From: an uncultured bacterium
GTDB taxonomy: Bacteria; Omnitrophota; Omnitrophia; Omnitrophales; Abzuiibacteriaceae
Direction: 5' to 3'
DNA: 64,000 bases
NCBI GenBank assembly: GCA_964387845.1
Contig: CAYLXA010000001.1
Location: forward strand, 288,001-352,000
The position numbers and the translations under genes were made by a program. Below, piece after piece: positions 35,579 to 43,958 of this stretch; the stretch's first letter is position 1; the number at the start of each line of letters is the position of its first letter. The notes below the pieces were generated by a model. That model worked only from the letters and a program-made list of their open reading frames with translations. It searched no databases and was not told where the DNA came from.

Positions 35579-36887
35579 GCCGGTACATCAAAAACCCTGA
35601 GCCCAACTTCGGGTAAAAATAAGTAGACTTTTGCGGCATCAATTCTCCCGAAGCGCAAATAGCCTGCATCACTTTGGCTTCAATCGGCGGCACAATCACA
35701 GCCGCGTCAAACTTCTTGGAGCGTACGCCTTCGAGTGCCTCATCCGAAAAGCGCGTGTATTCGAGAAAATGCTCGAGATTTTTATCATCAACACCAAGAT
35801 GTTTCAAAACCAAATGTGAAACCTGCGCGACTTCAAGCCGGTACCAAATGTCGGGTTTTCCGGCCGGCATCTCCGCGCGTGCTTTTTGAATGTCTTTGAT
35901 TTTAAATAAAATCGATTCACCGGGAAAACAAACCGCGAAAGCGTCCCTGATTTTTCCCTGCGCGAGTTCTTTTACTTCCGTCTCGGAAATTTTTCTCGAG
36001 TCAAATAAGGGCGAAAGGATTTGCGACAATTCTGACGCGCTTACTTTTTTGATGTTCTTGAGCTGCCGATGGATGGGAAAAATTAAAAGCCCTTCATCTT
36101 CCAATTCCACAAGCCCCATTAAGCAATAATCGGAAGGCTGCAAGCTGCCAGCTTCAGGCTTCAAGCTTGAAGTTTGCAATTTGGAGCCTGCAGCTTGAAG
36201 CTTGCGGCTTGCGGCTTGTTCTTGGCTATAGCGCAAAGCGGTTTCATAACGGTGATGGCCATCCGCGATTAAAACCTGCTTATCGGAAAACATTTTTGAA
36301 ATCTGCGTTTTGTCGGATGAATCCGAAACCGCCCAAAGTTTGTGCGCTTCACCGTCAGAAAATTTAAATTCGTATAACGGTTTTTGTTTCTCAAATTTCT
36401 TTCTCAGTTCCTGGGCGGTTCTTTCAGAATCTTGATAAAGCCCATAAACCGGCGAAATGTTGGTTTTGATTGCTGAGAGCAGCTTGAACCGATCTTCCTT
36501 CGGGCCGGAATGCGTTTTTTCGTGCGGCAAAATCACTTTTGATTCAAAAGGCTCCACTTGAAACAGACCAAAAATCACGACGCGCGTCTTGATGCGGCCC
36601 GATTCTGGGTCTTTGAAGATGGTTTCGTAAAGATAAAAACTCTCTTTTGTGTCTTTTTCGAGAATTTGCTTCCTCAGCCATTCGTTCAGAAATTCAGAAG
36701 CTTTTTGATATTTCACACTCGCATCTTCTTTACCGTATTCGATACGAATGATGTTGTAGGGACTTTTACCGTAAAGCGCTTCCTGCTCGGCAGGTGAAAT
36801 AATATCGTAAGGCGGAGCAACCACTTGATCCATTTTGACGGACCCGGAATTGTAACGCAGTGCGCGGAAAGGTTTGATAATAGCCAT
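35571..36887 (-). CDS. DUF1015-family protein
   Basis: Conserved PHEKTHSGP and ADGHHRYETA motifs. Contains a low-complexity palindromic insert at 36136-36212. Confidence 0.55.
   Translation of the reverse strand: MAIIKPFRALRYNSGSVKMDQVVAPPYDIISPAEQEALYGKSPYNIIRIEYGKEDASVKYQKASEFLNEWLRKQILEKDTKESFYLYETIFKDPESGRIKTRVVIFGLFQVEPFESKVILPHEKTHSGPKEDRFKLLSAIKTNISPVYGLYQDSERTAQELRKKFEKQKPLYEFKFSDGEAHKLWAVSDSSDKTQISKMFSDKQVLIADGHHRYETALRYSQEQAASRKLQAAGSKLQTSSLKPEAGSLQPSDYCLMGLVELEDEGLLIFPIHRQLKNIKKVSASELSQILSPLFDSRKISETEVKELAQGKIRDAFAVCFPGESILFKIKDIQKARAEMPAGKPDIWYRLEVAQVSHLVLKHLGVDDKNLEHFLEYTRFSDEALEGVRSKKFDAAVIVPPIEAKVMQAICASGELMPQKSTYFYPKLGSGFLMYRHE
36136..36212. repeat. palindromic low-complexity insert (GCTTCAAGCTTGAAGC and similar) inside the DUF1015 coding frame
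   Basis: gctgcaagctgccagcttcaggcttcaagcttgaagtttgcaatttggagcctgcagcttgaagcttgcggcttgcggcttg, translated in frame as KLQAAGSKLQTSSLKPEAGSLQ. Confidence 0.45.
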
Positions 36888-36976
36888 ATTAACGTAAATT
36901 CAAATCTCAAATTTCAAAATAATTTTGATATTTGAAATTTGAATTTGTTTTGAGATTTGATATTTGAATTTTGAAA
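36888..36976. repeat. AT-rich array of ATTTGAAAT / TTTCAAAT direct and inverted repeats
   Basis: aaatctcaaatttcaaaataattttgatatttgaaatttgaatttgttttgagatttgatatttgaattttgaaatt. The region fills the gap between the tRNA-binding-protein stop and the DUF1015 start. Confidence 0.45.
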
Positions 36977-37321
36977 TTACTTAACAATTGCTCCAGACGG
37001 TAAATCTTTTTCGGGAGTTAGAAATGCGAGACTTGAATCCGTGCTTGCGGCCAGCAGCATGCCTTGTGATTCAACGCCGCGGATCACGGCCGGAGCCAGA
37101 TTTTTCACCACCACGATTTTTTTACCGACCAGCTCTTCAGGTTTATAGAATTGTTTAATACCGGCCACGATGGTCCGTTGCTCATCGGCAATCTTAATCC
37201 TCAAAACCCACAAACGGTCGGCGTTGGGATGCGGCTCCACTGCCAGGATTTCGGCCACCCGCAGCTCCAGCTTCTTAAAATCATCGTATGTAATGGTTTC
37301 AGTCGTCATTTGAGCCGCCAT
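36977..37321 (-). CDS. tRNA-binding (EMAP/Trbp111/CsaA-type OB-fold) domain protein
   Basis: MAAQMTTETITYDDFKKLELRVAEILAVEPHPNADRLWVLRIKIADEQRTIVAGI...NLAPAVIRGVESQGMLLAAS. Start set at internal ATG 37321; the longer N-terminal extension crosses repeat DNA. Confidence 0.65.
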   Translation of the reverse strand: MAAQMTTETITYDDFKKLELRVAEILAVEPHPNADRLWVLRIKIADEQRTIVAGIKQFYKPEELVGKKIVVVKNLAPAVIRGVESQGMLLAASTDSSLAFLTPEKDLPSGAIVK

Positions 37322-37361
37322 TCTATCACTAACCAAATAACGGTGGCAAGAAGGCTTCTCT

Positions 37362-37515
37362 AGCAGTATGGGATATCTCTTCCGGCACCAGCAGTTCGCA
37401 AGCTCCTGCGGCTTGCGCCTGCCTGCGCGCTCGCCCGTTGAACCCGCCGAAAAGCATGGCGGGGCCAAGCTTCAACGGGCTCCGCGAGCTGCCTTTAGAG
37501 ATATCCCATACTGCT
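37362..37515. mobile_element. MITE-like element with perfect 19-bp terminal inverted repeats (AGCAGTATGGGATATCTCT ... AGAGATATCCCATACTGCT) flanking a 116-bp GC-rich core
   Basis: The inverted repeats are read directly at 37362-37380 and 37497-37515. A large structured 5'-leader hairpin is the alternative interpretation. Confidence 0.3.
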
Positions 37516-37599
37516 TTACTTTAATAGCGGAAAACAGAAAATCGTTAAAGCTTACCTTCGGAGGGAATAATTTGCCGAATGCGGCTCACGGAACCACGA

Positions 37600-37690
37600 G
37601 GAGCTAGGCCCCCCGACTCTATTTCGCAAAGCGAGACAGCGGGGGTCCGAGTGGTGAGTGCGCAGGCGGCTTGACGCCGCAGCCCGTCAC
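37600..37690. repeat. family iii element (ggCCCCCc...TTCGCAAAGCGAG.CAGCGGGGGTC...GCGCAGGCGG), copy 1
   Basis: About 65 nt are near-identical to 40964-41028. An inner TCGC-AAA-GCGA hairpin is nested inside a C5/G5 stem. Confidence 0.5.
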
Positions 37691-37987
37691 CTACATTGAA
37701 TTTCCTATTGAAGGTGAGGGCTGTCCCAATTCACCTATGAATAAACGTCTTAAGGCTTTAATGATAATTGGGACTGGAACGGCCGAAGTGCCGGTGCCGG
37801 CAGACAATCCTTGCCGGTGCTTAATAAAGATGGAAAACTAGTTTATTGTTGTAAGTTATTATAAATAAATGACTTATGGAATATAGTTTTTCTTGTCAGG
37901 TAGCGAAAAAATGATAGAATATCGGTCTCATTTTTGACTTTGTATCCGCGAATGTGGCCCTCAGTAAGCGTCTAAAGGGAGAGAAAA

Positions 37988-39097
37988 TTGGGAAAGATTA
38001 AAATAGCAGTCGTCGGTGTCGGGAATTGCTGCGCTTCCCTGGTCCAGGGAATCGAGTTCTACCGCCATCAAAACGGCACCATTGCCAAGAGCCGTGAGCA
38101 TCTGGGTTTGATGCATTATAACCTAGGCGGCTACTTACCGGAAGACATCGAAATCGTCGCTGCGTTTGATATCGATAAACGTAAGGTCGGTGAACGCCTT
38201 GATGTCGCGCTAAAAGCCAAGCCCAATAATGTGCTCGAGCTTTTCGGCGATATTCCCCGCAGCCGTGTCGTGGTTCAAATGGGAACCGTGTTGGATGGGT
38301 ATTCGGAACACATGTCAGAATATCCTGTTGATCGCACATTTGTCCTCGCGAAACAAAAACCTGCCAATGTAGAACGCGTTCTGAAAGAGAGCGGCGCTGA
38401 AATTCTTTTGAATTATTTACCGGTTGGATCCGAGGAAGCCACACAATTCTACGCGGAAGCTTGCCTCAAAACGGGCGTGAGCTTCATTAATTGCATGCCT
38501 TCCTTTATTGTTTCAGATCCCAAATGGTCAAAGCGTTTTGAAGATAAGCGAATTCCCGTGATTGGCGATGATATTAAGGCTCAGCTGGGTGCTACAATTG
38601 TTCACCGCACGCTTGCGAAATTGTTTGCAGACCGCGGCGTCAAGATTGACCGCACCTATCAATTAAATACCGGCGGCAACACTGACTTTTTGAATATGCT
38701 CAACCGCAAACGCCTGGCATCCAAGCGCATTTCAAAGACGGAAGCCGTCCAAAGCCAGCTCGAAATTCCGCTGGATGAGGAAAATATTCACATCGGGCCT
38801 TCGGATTATGTCGCGTGGCAGAACGACAACAAAGTTTGTTATTTGCGCATGGAAGGCCGCGGATTTGCCGGTTTCCCGGTGAATGTCGAACTCAGGCTTT
38901 CTGTGGAAGATTCCCCCAATAGCGCCGGTGTCGCGATCGATGCGATCCGCTGCTGCAAGCTCGCGCGTGAACGCAATATCGGCGGGCCGCTCGTTTCAAT
39001 TTCAGCTTACGCGATGAAACATCCGCCGAAACAACTTCCCGATACCCAAGCCCGTGAACTCGTCGAAAAGTTCATCCAAGGCACTTGCCAGCGCTAA
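37988..39097 (+). CDS. ino1: myo-inositol-1-phosphate synthase (inositol-3-phosphate synthase), short bacterial/archaeal type
   Basis: 369-aa ORF, IAVVGVGNCCASLVQG Rossmann N terminus, MIPS-family core. The only plus-strand gene in the window. Confidence 0.8.
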   Translation: MGKIKIAVVGVGNCCASLVQGIEFYRHQNGTIAKSREHLGLMHYNLGGYLPEDIEIVAAFDIDKRKVGERLDVALKAKPNNVLELFGDIPRSRVVVQMGTVLDGYSEHMSEYPVDRTFVLAKQKPANVERVLKESGAEILLNYLPVGSEEATQFYAEACLKTGVSFINCMPSFIVSDPKWSKRFEDKRIPVIGDDIKAQLGATIVHRTLAKLFADRGVKIDRTYQLNTGGNTDFLNMLNRKRLASKRISKTEAVQSQLEIPLDEENIHIGPSDYVAWQNDNKVCYLRMEGRGFAGFPVNVELRLSVEDSPNSAGVAIDAIRCCKLARERNIGGPLVSISAYAMKHPPKQLPDTQARELVEKFIQGTCQR

Positions 39098-39175
39098 CCC
39101 GTCATTGCGAGGCGCTTAAATTGTCGCCGAAGCAATCTACGTTTTAAGCTTTGAAGAAGCCCTTCGCTCAGTGAA
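39098..39175. repeat. family iv element (CCGTCATTGCGAGGCGC ... CGCCGAAGCAATCT), copy 1
   Basis: ccgtcattgcgaggcgcttaaattgtcgccgaagcaatctacgtt closely matches the reverse complement of 46660-46703. Confidence 0.5.
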
Positions 39176-39377
39176 TTCAACGTGAGAAATCTATTTGCTT
39201 AGGCATTGGAACACCTTCCACCGTTCCTACAATACTTAACGCTGTAGGCCGTCGGCTTTCCAACGCCTTCACACATGATTTCTCTCTCACGAATTCAATT
39301 CGCTTCGGCGCTTCTTCAAAGCTTTCCGCGCCACCCGCATCTAAATCCTAAGGCCGCAAATTGCGACCTTAGAATTT

Positions 39378-39917
39378 CTACCCAATCTTCCCGGGCCGAT
39401 GCGGATCCATCTCAAAACCAATCGCATCCGTAGTCGGCGGCGCCAAAAGCGGCCTAATCATTTTGAACAATCTCTGCAAAGCTCTGTCGTGATCGAGCAG
39501 AACCTTCTCAATTTCATCCAATCGTCCGTGCAGAATTTGATTCAGGTTGAAAACTTCTCTCAATCTCACAAAAGCACGGATCACGTAAACGCTCATACGG
39601 ACAGCTCGGTCACTGTTTAAAATGTTGGCTGCCATTAACGCCCCGTGTTCTGTGAAAGCAAAAGGAAGATACCGATCGCCACCCCGACCCTCTTTCTTTG
39701 AGGTCACAATCTGTGACCTCAAAAATTCTGCTTCCTCCAGAGTAAGCTGAAACATGAAATCTGCCGGAAAACGGCTTCGGTTACGTTTGACAGCTTGATT
39801 GAATGCTTTTGTGCTCACCCCATAAAGCTCCGCTAAGTCACGGTCAAGAATAACGCTCTGACTCCGGATGATGAGAACACGATTTTCTACAGCTAATTTA
39901 GGACCTCTTTTAGACAT
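39378..39917 (-). CDS. ORF6N (KilA-N-related) DNA-binding domain protein
   Basis: VLIIRSQSVILDRDLAELYGVSTKAFNQAVKRNRSRFPADFMFQLTLEE...GRGGDRYLPFAFTEHGALMAANILNSDRAV is typical of the ORF6N domain. The gene lies in an AT-rich stretch. Confidence 0.55.
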   Translation of the reverse strand: MSKRGPKLAVENRVLIIRSQSVILDRDLAELYGVSTKAFNQAVKRNRSRFPADFMFQLTLEEAEFLRSQIVTSKKEGRGGDRYLPFAFTEHGALMAANILNSDRAVRMSVYVIRAFVRLREVFNLNQILHGRLDEIEKVLLDHDRALQRLFKMIRPLLAPPTTDAIGFEMDPHRPGKIG

Positions 39918-40070
39918 GAAACACCCCTCTTATTGGTTTTAAATGGAGGGGGGATTTTAATTTTGTTTTTTACTGCGGGAGATATGGAATTATATATAAC
40001 TTTTACGATTAATCAACACTCAACTTCTAGCCTGTCCCCTTAGAAGGTGCCTGGCACTTTTTTTATGAGA

Positions 40071-40739
40071 TCAAATGACCCCTTTCATTAATGTTTCTTT
40101 AACTTTCTTGGCATTTTTTAGTCCTTCGTCAATCAAAGAAATAAAATACTCAATTTCTCCATTTAAAGTACTAGGATAAAAATCTCCAACCCGACAGCAT
40201 CCTTCACAAATTCCATCCATAGCTTGAACGTAAGCGGTTTCAGCAAATGTAAGCCATTCACGCGTTTCATTCCATGTTTCCTTCCCATCATGAGTACGCC
40301 AGGGGAAATTATGAACACGTTGAATATTCCGATGAGGATTTATCTTGTCACTAATATCTTTTATTTTTTCCTCGTACTCATCAAAATGAGATAAAAACTC
40401 TTTTCGTTGTTGTTTTAACCTATCTTTTGAGAAAGTCTGTCTTTCTAATTTTAGTTCAATATTTTCTTCTGAAACTTCTTTGCTTTTTTGCATTAAATTC
40501 CATAAACTAGCTTCACTAGAACGACCAAAAATCTTTCCTAAAGCGAGAATGTACTTTGTTTCCAAAGCATCTCGAATAAAGCTGAATAAGCCACCAAATT
40601 CTCGTTCAAATCCTTCTGATTGAACAAGCCCGTTATTCCATTTGAATAATAAAGCATGGAAAATGTTAGCCTCGCAAAGATCTCTGCTTACACAGGTTTC
40701 TATTACCTTCAGTGAATCTTGAACTTCATCCATCATCAA
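40071..40739 (-). CDS. hypothetical protein; possible HEPN-like candidate (R-x5-H in PHRNIQRVH), partner of the ORF6N gene
   Basis: 222-aa ORF, noticeably more AT-rich than its neighbours. No confident motif. Confidence 0.4.
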   Translation of the reverse strand: MMMDEVQDSLKVIETCVSRDLCEANIFHALLFKWNNGLVQSEGFEREFGGLFSFIRDALETKYILALGKIFGRSSEASLWNLMQKSKEVSEENIELKLERQTFSKDRLKQQRKEFLSHFDEYEEKIKDISDKINPHRNIQRVHNFPWRTHDGKETWNETREWLTFAETAYVQAMDGICEGCCRVGDFYPSTLNGEIEYFISLIDEGLKNAKKVKETLMKGVI

Positions 40740-40832
40740 CCTCCAATAAATTCATGATTCTGTACCAATTATAAAAGCATTCATATTTTATGCCCCCAAT
40801 TCGCAGAAGACAACCTGGTTCTCGAAATAGAA

Positions 40833-40908
40833 CGCCCTCACCCCCTCCGGGCCTAAGGCCCGATAGGGCCGGAGGCTCACCCTACCCCTCTCCCAAAGGG
40901 AGAGGGAA
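40833..40908. repeat. family ii nested palindromic element, copy C
   Basis: gccctcaccccctccgggcctaaggcccgatagggccggaggctcaccctacccctctcccaaagggagaggg. Confidence 0.5.
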
Positions 40909-40959
40909 AAACAAAGGAAGAATCTGGCTTTGTGGAGGCGGCTCTCGGAATCCTTCAGA

Positions 40960-41070
40960 GCTTGGTCCCCCACCGTTTTGTTTCGCAAAGCGAGGCAGCG
41001 GGGGTCTGAAGGATGAGAGCGCAGGCGGTCGAGCCCGCGGGAGGCGAGAACCGCCGGCGCCGGAACAAAG
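40960..41070. repeat. family iii element, copy 2, followed by further GC-rich palindromes
   Basis: ggtcccccaccgttttgtttcgcaaagcgaggcagcgggggtctgaaggatgagagcgcaggcgg. The spurious 94-aa plus-strand ORF 40790-41074 translates repeat DNA. Confidence 0.5.
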
Positions 41071-41081
41071 CTAGATTCTGA

Positions 41082-41963
41082 CTAAATTAGTGCTAATCCG
41101 ATTAATTTGTAAATAAGGCGCGCGACGAGGAAATTGGGGGCGTGAAGCTTTTCTATCGGTGATAATTCCATGACATCAAAACCAACAATTTTTCGTGACT
41201 TGGCGATTTCCCTAAAAAGCGCCATGGCTTCATGCCACAAAAGACCGTTGGGTTCCGGTGTTCCGGTTGCGGGCATAATCGAAGGGTCAAAACCATCTAC
41301 ATCGATCGTAATATAAACTTCATCCGTTAAATTGGTCAGCGCGGTGTGAATCCAATCTTGAATTGCCATCTTTTTGATTTCGTGCGCGTATAAAATGTTT
41401 ACGTTTTGCTTCTTGGCGACCCTGATTTGATCCGGTGAAATGCTGCGGATACCGACTTGCGAAAGCGGGCACTTTCCTGCAATGCGCGCCGCAATTGAGG
41501 CGTGCGAATAAGGCGTTCCCTCATAAGAATCGCGCAAATCCGCGTGAGCGTCGATCTGCAGAACGGACATTTTGGGATATTTCTTCAAGTGTGATTTGAT
41601 TAACGCGCTTGAAATAGAATGTTCACCGCCGATTCCGACCAGGAATTTATTTTCCGAGAGAATTTCATCCGATCGCTTTTCCAATCTTTCGATAAATTGC
41701 TTCGGGTCTTTTTCCTTTGCGGCAGGTTTGAAGCTTGGAAGTGTCGCAATCGATACCTTTTTACATGTTTCAACACCCAATTCCTCATCGTAATACTCCA
41801 CATAACGAGAAGCATCAATAACAGCTTTGGGGCCGCGGGATGTGCCTTTTCCGTAAGAGACCGTTCCTTCATAAGGAACCGGCAAAACAGCAACTTTGGA
41901 TTTGGTGTAAGCGGGTTCGGGATCCTGGCCTAAAAAGTTAAATGGGGCTTTTTCGTGCTGCAT
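41082..41963 (-). CDS. speB: agmatinase (ureohydrolase family)
   Basis: Mn-binding motifs GGEHSIS, DAHADL and SIDVDGFDP. Confidence 0.85.
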   Translation of the reverse strand: MQHEKAPFNFLGQDPEPAYTKSKVAVLPVPYEGTVSYGKGTSRGPKAVIDASRYVEYYDEELGVETCKKVSIATLPSFKPAAKEKDPKQFIERLEKRSDEILSENKFLVGIGGEHSISSALIKSHLKKYPKMSVLQIDAHADLRDSYEGTPYSHASIAARIAGKCPLSQVGIRSISPDQIRVAKKQNVNILYAHEIKKMAIQDWIHTALTNLTDEVYITIDVDGFDPSIMPATGTPEPNGLLWHEAMALFREIAKSRKIVGFDVMELSPIEKLHAPNFLVARLIYKLIGLALI

Positions 41964-42013
41964 AGGTAATCCTTCGAGAAACTCAGGATGAGTGGGTCAG
42001 CAAGCTGACCTCC

Positions 42014-42559
42014 TCACACGATAAAAACGCAGGAAGCGAGAACGGTGGTCCAGCGGCCGTCTTTATCGCCTTCGGCGCTTTGCGTCACTTCCGTGGTACG
42101 GACGATTTGATTTGAAATTTTCCAGATTTCGCGCTTAGCGTCGTAACTAGAATCCGGATCAAACTTCACACCGGAGACCGTTGCCAACATTTCAGCCGCC
42201 AAGTCTTCGGCATAATCGCCCGTTTTTTTATCCGTCCAGCCGTAAGCGTGATGTTCTGACAAATAGCCGTGCTGGTTCGAGTCTTTTGGAATCGCAATGC
42301 CGACACTGGCTGAAATCAACCTGTTGGGCTCGTTCGTTGCATTGTCGCTCATCACGCAAAACACGATTTGGCCGGCTGAAAGATACTTCAAACCTTCTTT
42401 GCTCGGAATGATTTTGCAGTTGGGTGGGAAAATGCTCGATACTTTTACCAAATTATAGTTCGCAATACCGGCATCGCGCAGCGCAAGCTCAAAGCTGGCC
42501 AATTTTTCAAGATGAATGCCGACGCCTTTCGTCATAAAACATTTTTTGGGTAGAATCAC
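42014..42559 (-). CDS. pdaD: pyruvoyl-dependent arginine decarboxylase
   Basis: 181-aa ORF; N terminus and the self-cleavage-region pattern (FFMTKGVG...SSIFPP) are typical of PdaD. Confidence 0.8.
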   Translation of the reverse strand: MILPKKCFMTKGVGIHLEKLASFELALRDAGIANYNLVKVSSIFPPNCKIIPSKEGLKYLSAGQIVFCVMSDNATNEPNRLISASVGIAIPKDSNQHGYLSEHHAYGWTDKKTGDYAEDLAAEMLATVSGVKFDPDSSYDAKREIWKISNQIVRTTEVTQSAEGDKDGRWTTVLASCVFIV

Positions 42560-42575
42560 GTTCGAGTCTCCTTAA

Positions 42576-43955
42576 TTAACGGTCCACAATATCGTCTGAA
42601 GCAACAATCGGAATCAAGCCGCCGTTCTGCATAATGTTAATCACAGTTTCATCGCCAAGTTTTGAAATACCGCCTGCGTATTTCCAATCAAACACAAAAG
42701 CGCCGACGCTCACGCGGCGATAAACCATCTCGAGTTTGTTATTCACGATGGCCGGAACGGTCATTTTGGGAACGCTCACATATTCCTGAATGATCCAATT
42801 GTTCTTGAGCGCCTTGTCGATCGCGGCGTTCCAATCTTCATCGCGTGTTTCGGCGCCGATCACGACATCGCCCCGGTTTCCGTAGCCGATGGTGGGTTTT
42901 AAAACCAAAGAATCCTTTTCATCTTTCAAAAAATCAATCAAATAGCTTTTCCGCCTGCCGTAAAAACGTTCGGCATCCGACACCTGGCGCGTCCACGGCA
43001 GATGATTTTGCTTAAACTCATTTTCTTTGTCCGTGAAATAACGGTCGTAATCGGGATTCGTTAAAATAGATATCAAGGCACGGCTCGAGGCGAGGCGCGA
43101 CCTTAAAGGATTAACCATGCACACCGCACGTTCACGGTAAGCCTTCAGAAAATCTTGGATTTCATCGGCTTTTTCGGCGAGCTCATGACAAACGACGCGG
43201 CGGTATACCAAATCAACCCTGAAATTACCATGATAAAGCTTTCCGGTCTTGAATTTAAGCTCTCTGGGGTCTGCAATGGTTGCCTTGTAGCCTTTGGACT
43301 CAAAAAATGCCTTTAGGATCTCAAATTCGGGGCGCGTGCGGACCGATTTCCAATCCACAATCGCAATATTGGGCGTCTCAAATCCGCCGAATTCCTCATA
43401 AGCGCTTAAAAGTGCCGAGAGAAGTCTCTCGAAGCGCTCTTCTTTCTTAAAATGAAACTCGGCAAAAAAATCTTTCAAATCCGGTGTTTCAAAAATGATT
43501 TTCTCAAGCTCATTGGCATAAGCCGTACCGGCCGGCGCATCGCAGTTGAGCTGAATAAACTTGAGTGCTTCGCCTTCTAAGAATCCATCCAGACGCATCA
43601 TCACGACATTGCGTGAATAACCGGGATCGATTTTGATTAATTCCTGGATTTCCGGCGTGTAGCGAAAGTGCTCCGCCACCACGGGATCCGTAAAATAAAG
43701 GTTGGTTGCTTTGTTGACAATGGAAAGAAAACTATCGGAAACCGTCCGAAGAATTTTTTCCTGCTTGGCCGTAATAAAATGCGGCTTCAGGAAAGCCGGA
43801 ACGATGAAGCGGCCGTACTTGATATTCTGCTTTTTGAGCTCTTCCTGGAAATGATTGATGGCTTTCGGGAAACTCTTTTCATGCGCCATCACGAATTGAT
43901 CGAAGGCGTAATCGATGCTTTTATTGGAATCAATGGATGAAGGTGTCCACGCCAT
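42576..43955 (-). CDS. ATP-grasp-like ligase, glutathionylspermidine-synthase / YgiC-like family (tentative); context suggests polyamine conjugation
   Basis: 459 aa with no decisive motif. The call rests on size, pattern and adjacency to pdaD-speB. Confidence 0.35.
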   Translation of the reverse strand: MAWTPSSIDSNKSIDYAFDQFVMAHEKSFPKAINHFQEELKKQNIKYGRFIVPAFLKPHFITAKQEKILRTVSDSFLSIVNKATNLYFTDPVVAEHFRYTPEIQELIKIDPGYSRNVVMMRLDGFLEGEALKFIQLNCDAPAGTAYANELEKIIFETPDLKDFFAEFHFKKEERFERLLSALLSAYEEFGGFETPNIAIVDWKSVRTRPEFEILKAFFESKGYKATIADPRELKFKTGKLYHGNFRVDLVYRRVVCHELAEKADEIQDFLKAYRERAVCMVNPLRSRLASSRALISILTNPDYDRYFTDKENEFKQNHLPWTRQVSDAERFYGRRKSYLIDFLKDEKDSLVLKPTIGYGNRGDVVIGAETRDEDWNAAIDKALKNNWIIQEYVSVPKMTVPAIVNNKLEMVYRRVSVGAFVFDWKYAGGISKLGDETVINIMQNGGLIPIVASDDIVDR

Positions 43956-43958
43956 AGG

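Noticed and set aside
37560-37990. A tRNA, tmRNA, RNase P or SRP RNA gene in the long ino1 upstream region.
   Set aside because: No cloverleaf with T-loop GTTCRANYC, no RNase P or SRP conserved boxes. The sequence is better explained by family iii and other palindromic repeats.
40790-41074. 94-aa plus-strand ORF (MPPIRRRQPGSRNRTPSPPPGLRPDRAGG…).
   Set aside because: It is a translation of the family ii and iii palindromic repeats: Pro/Gly/Arg low complexity and no start context.
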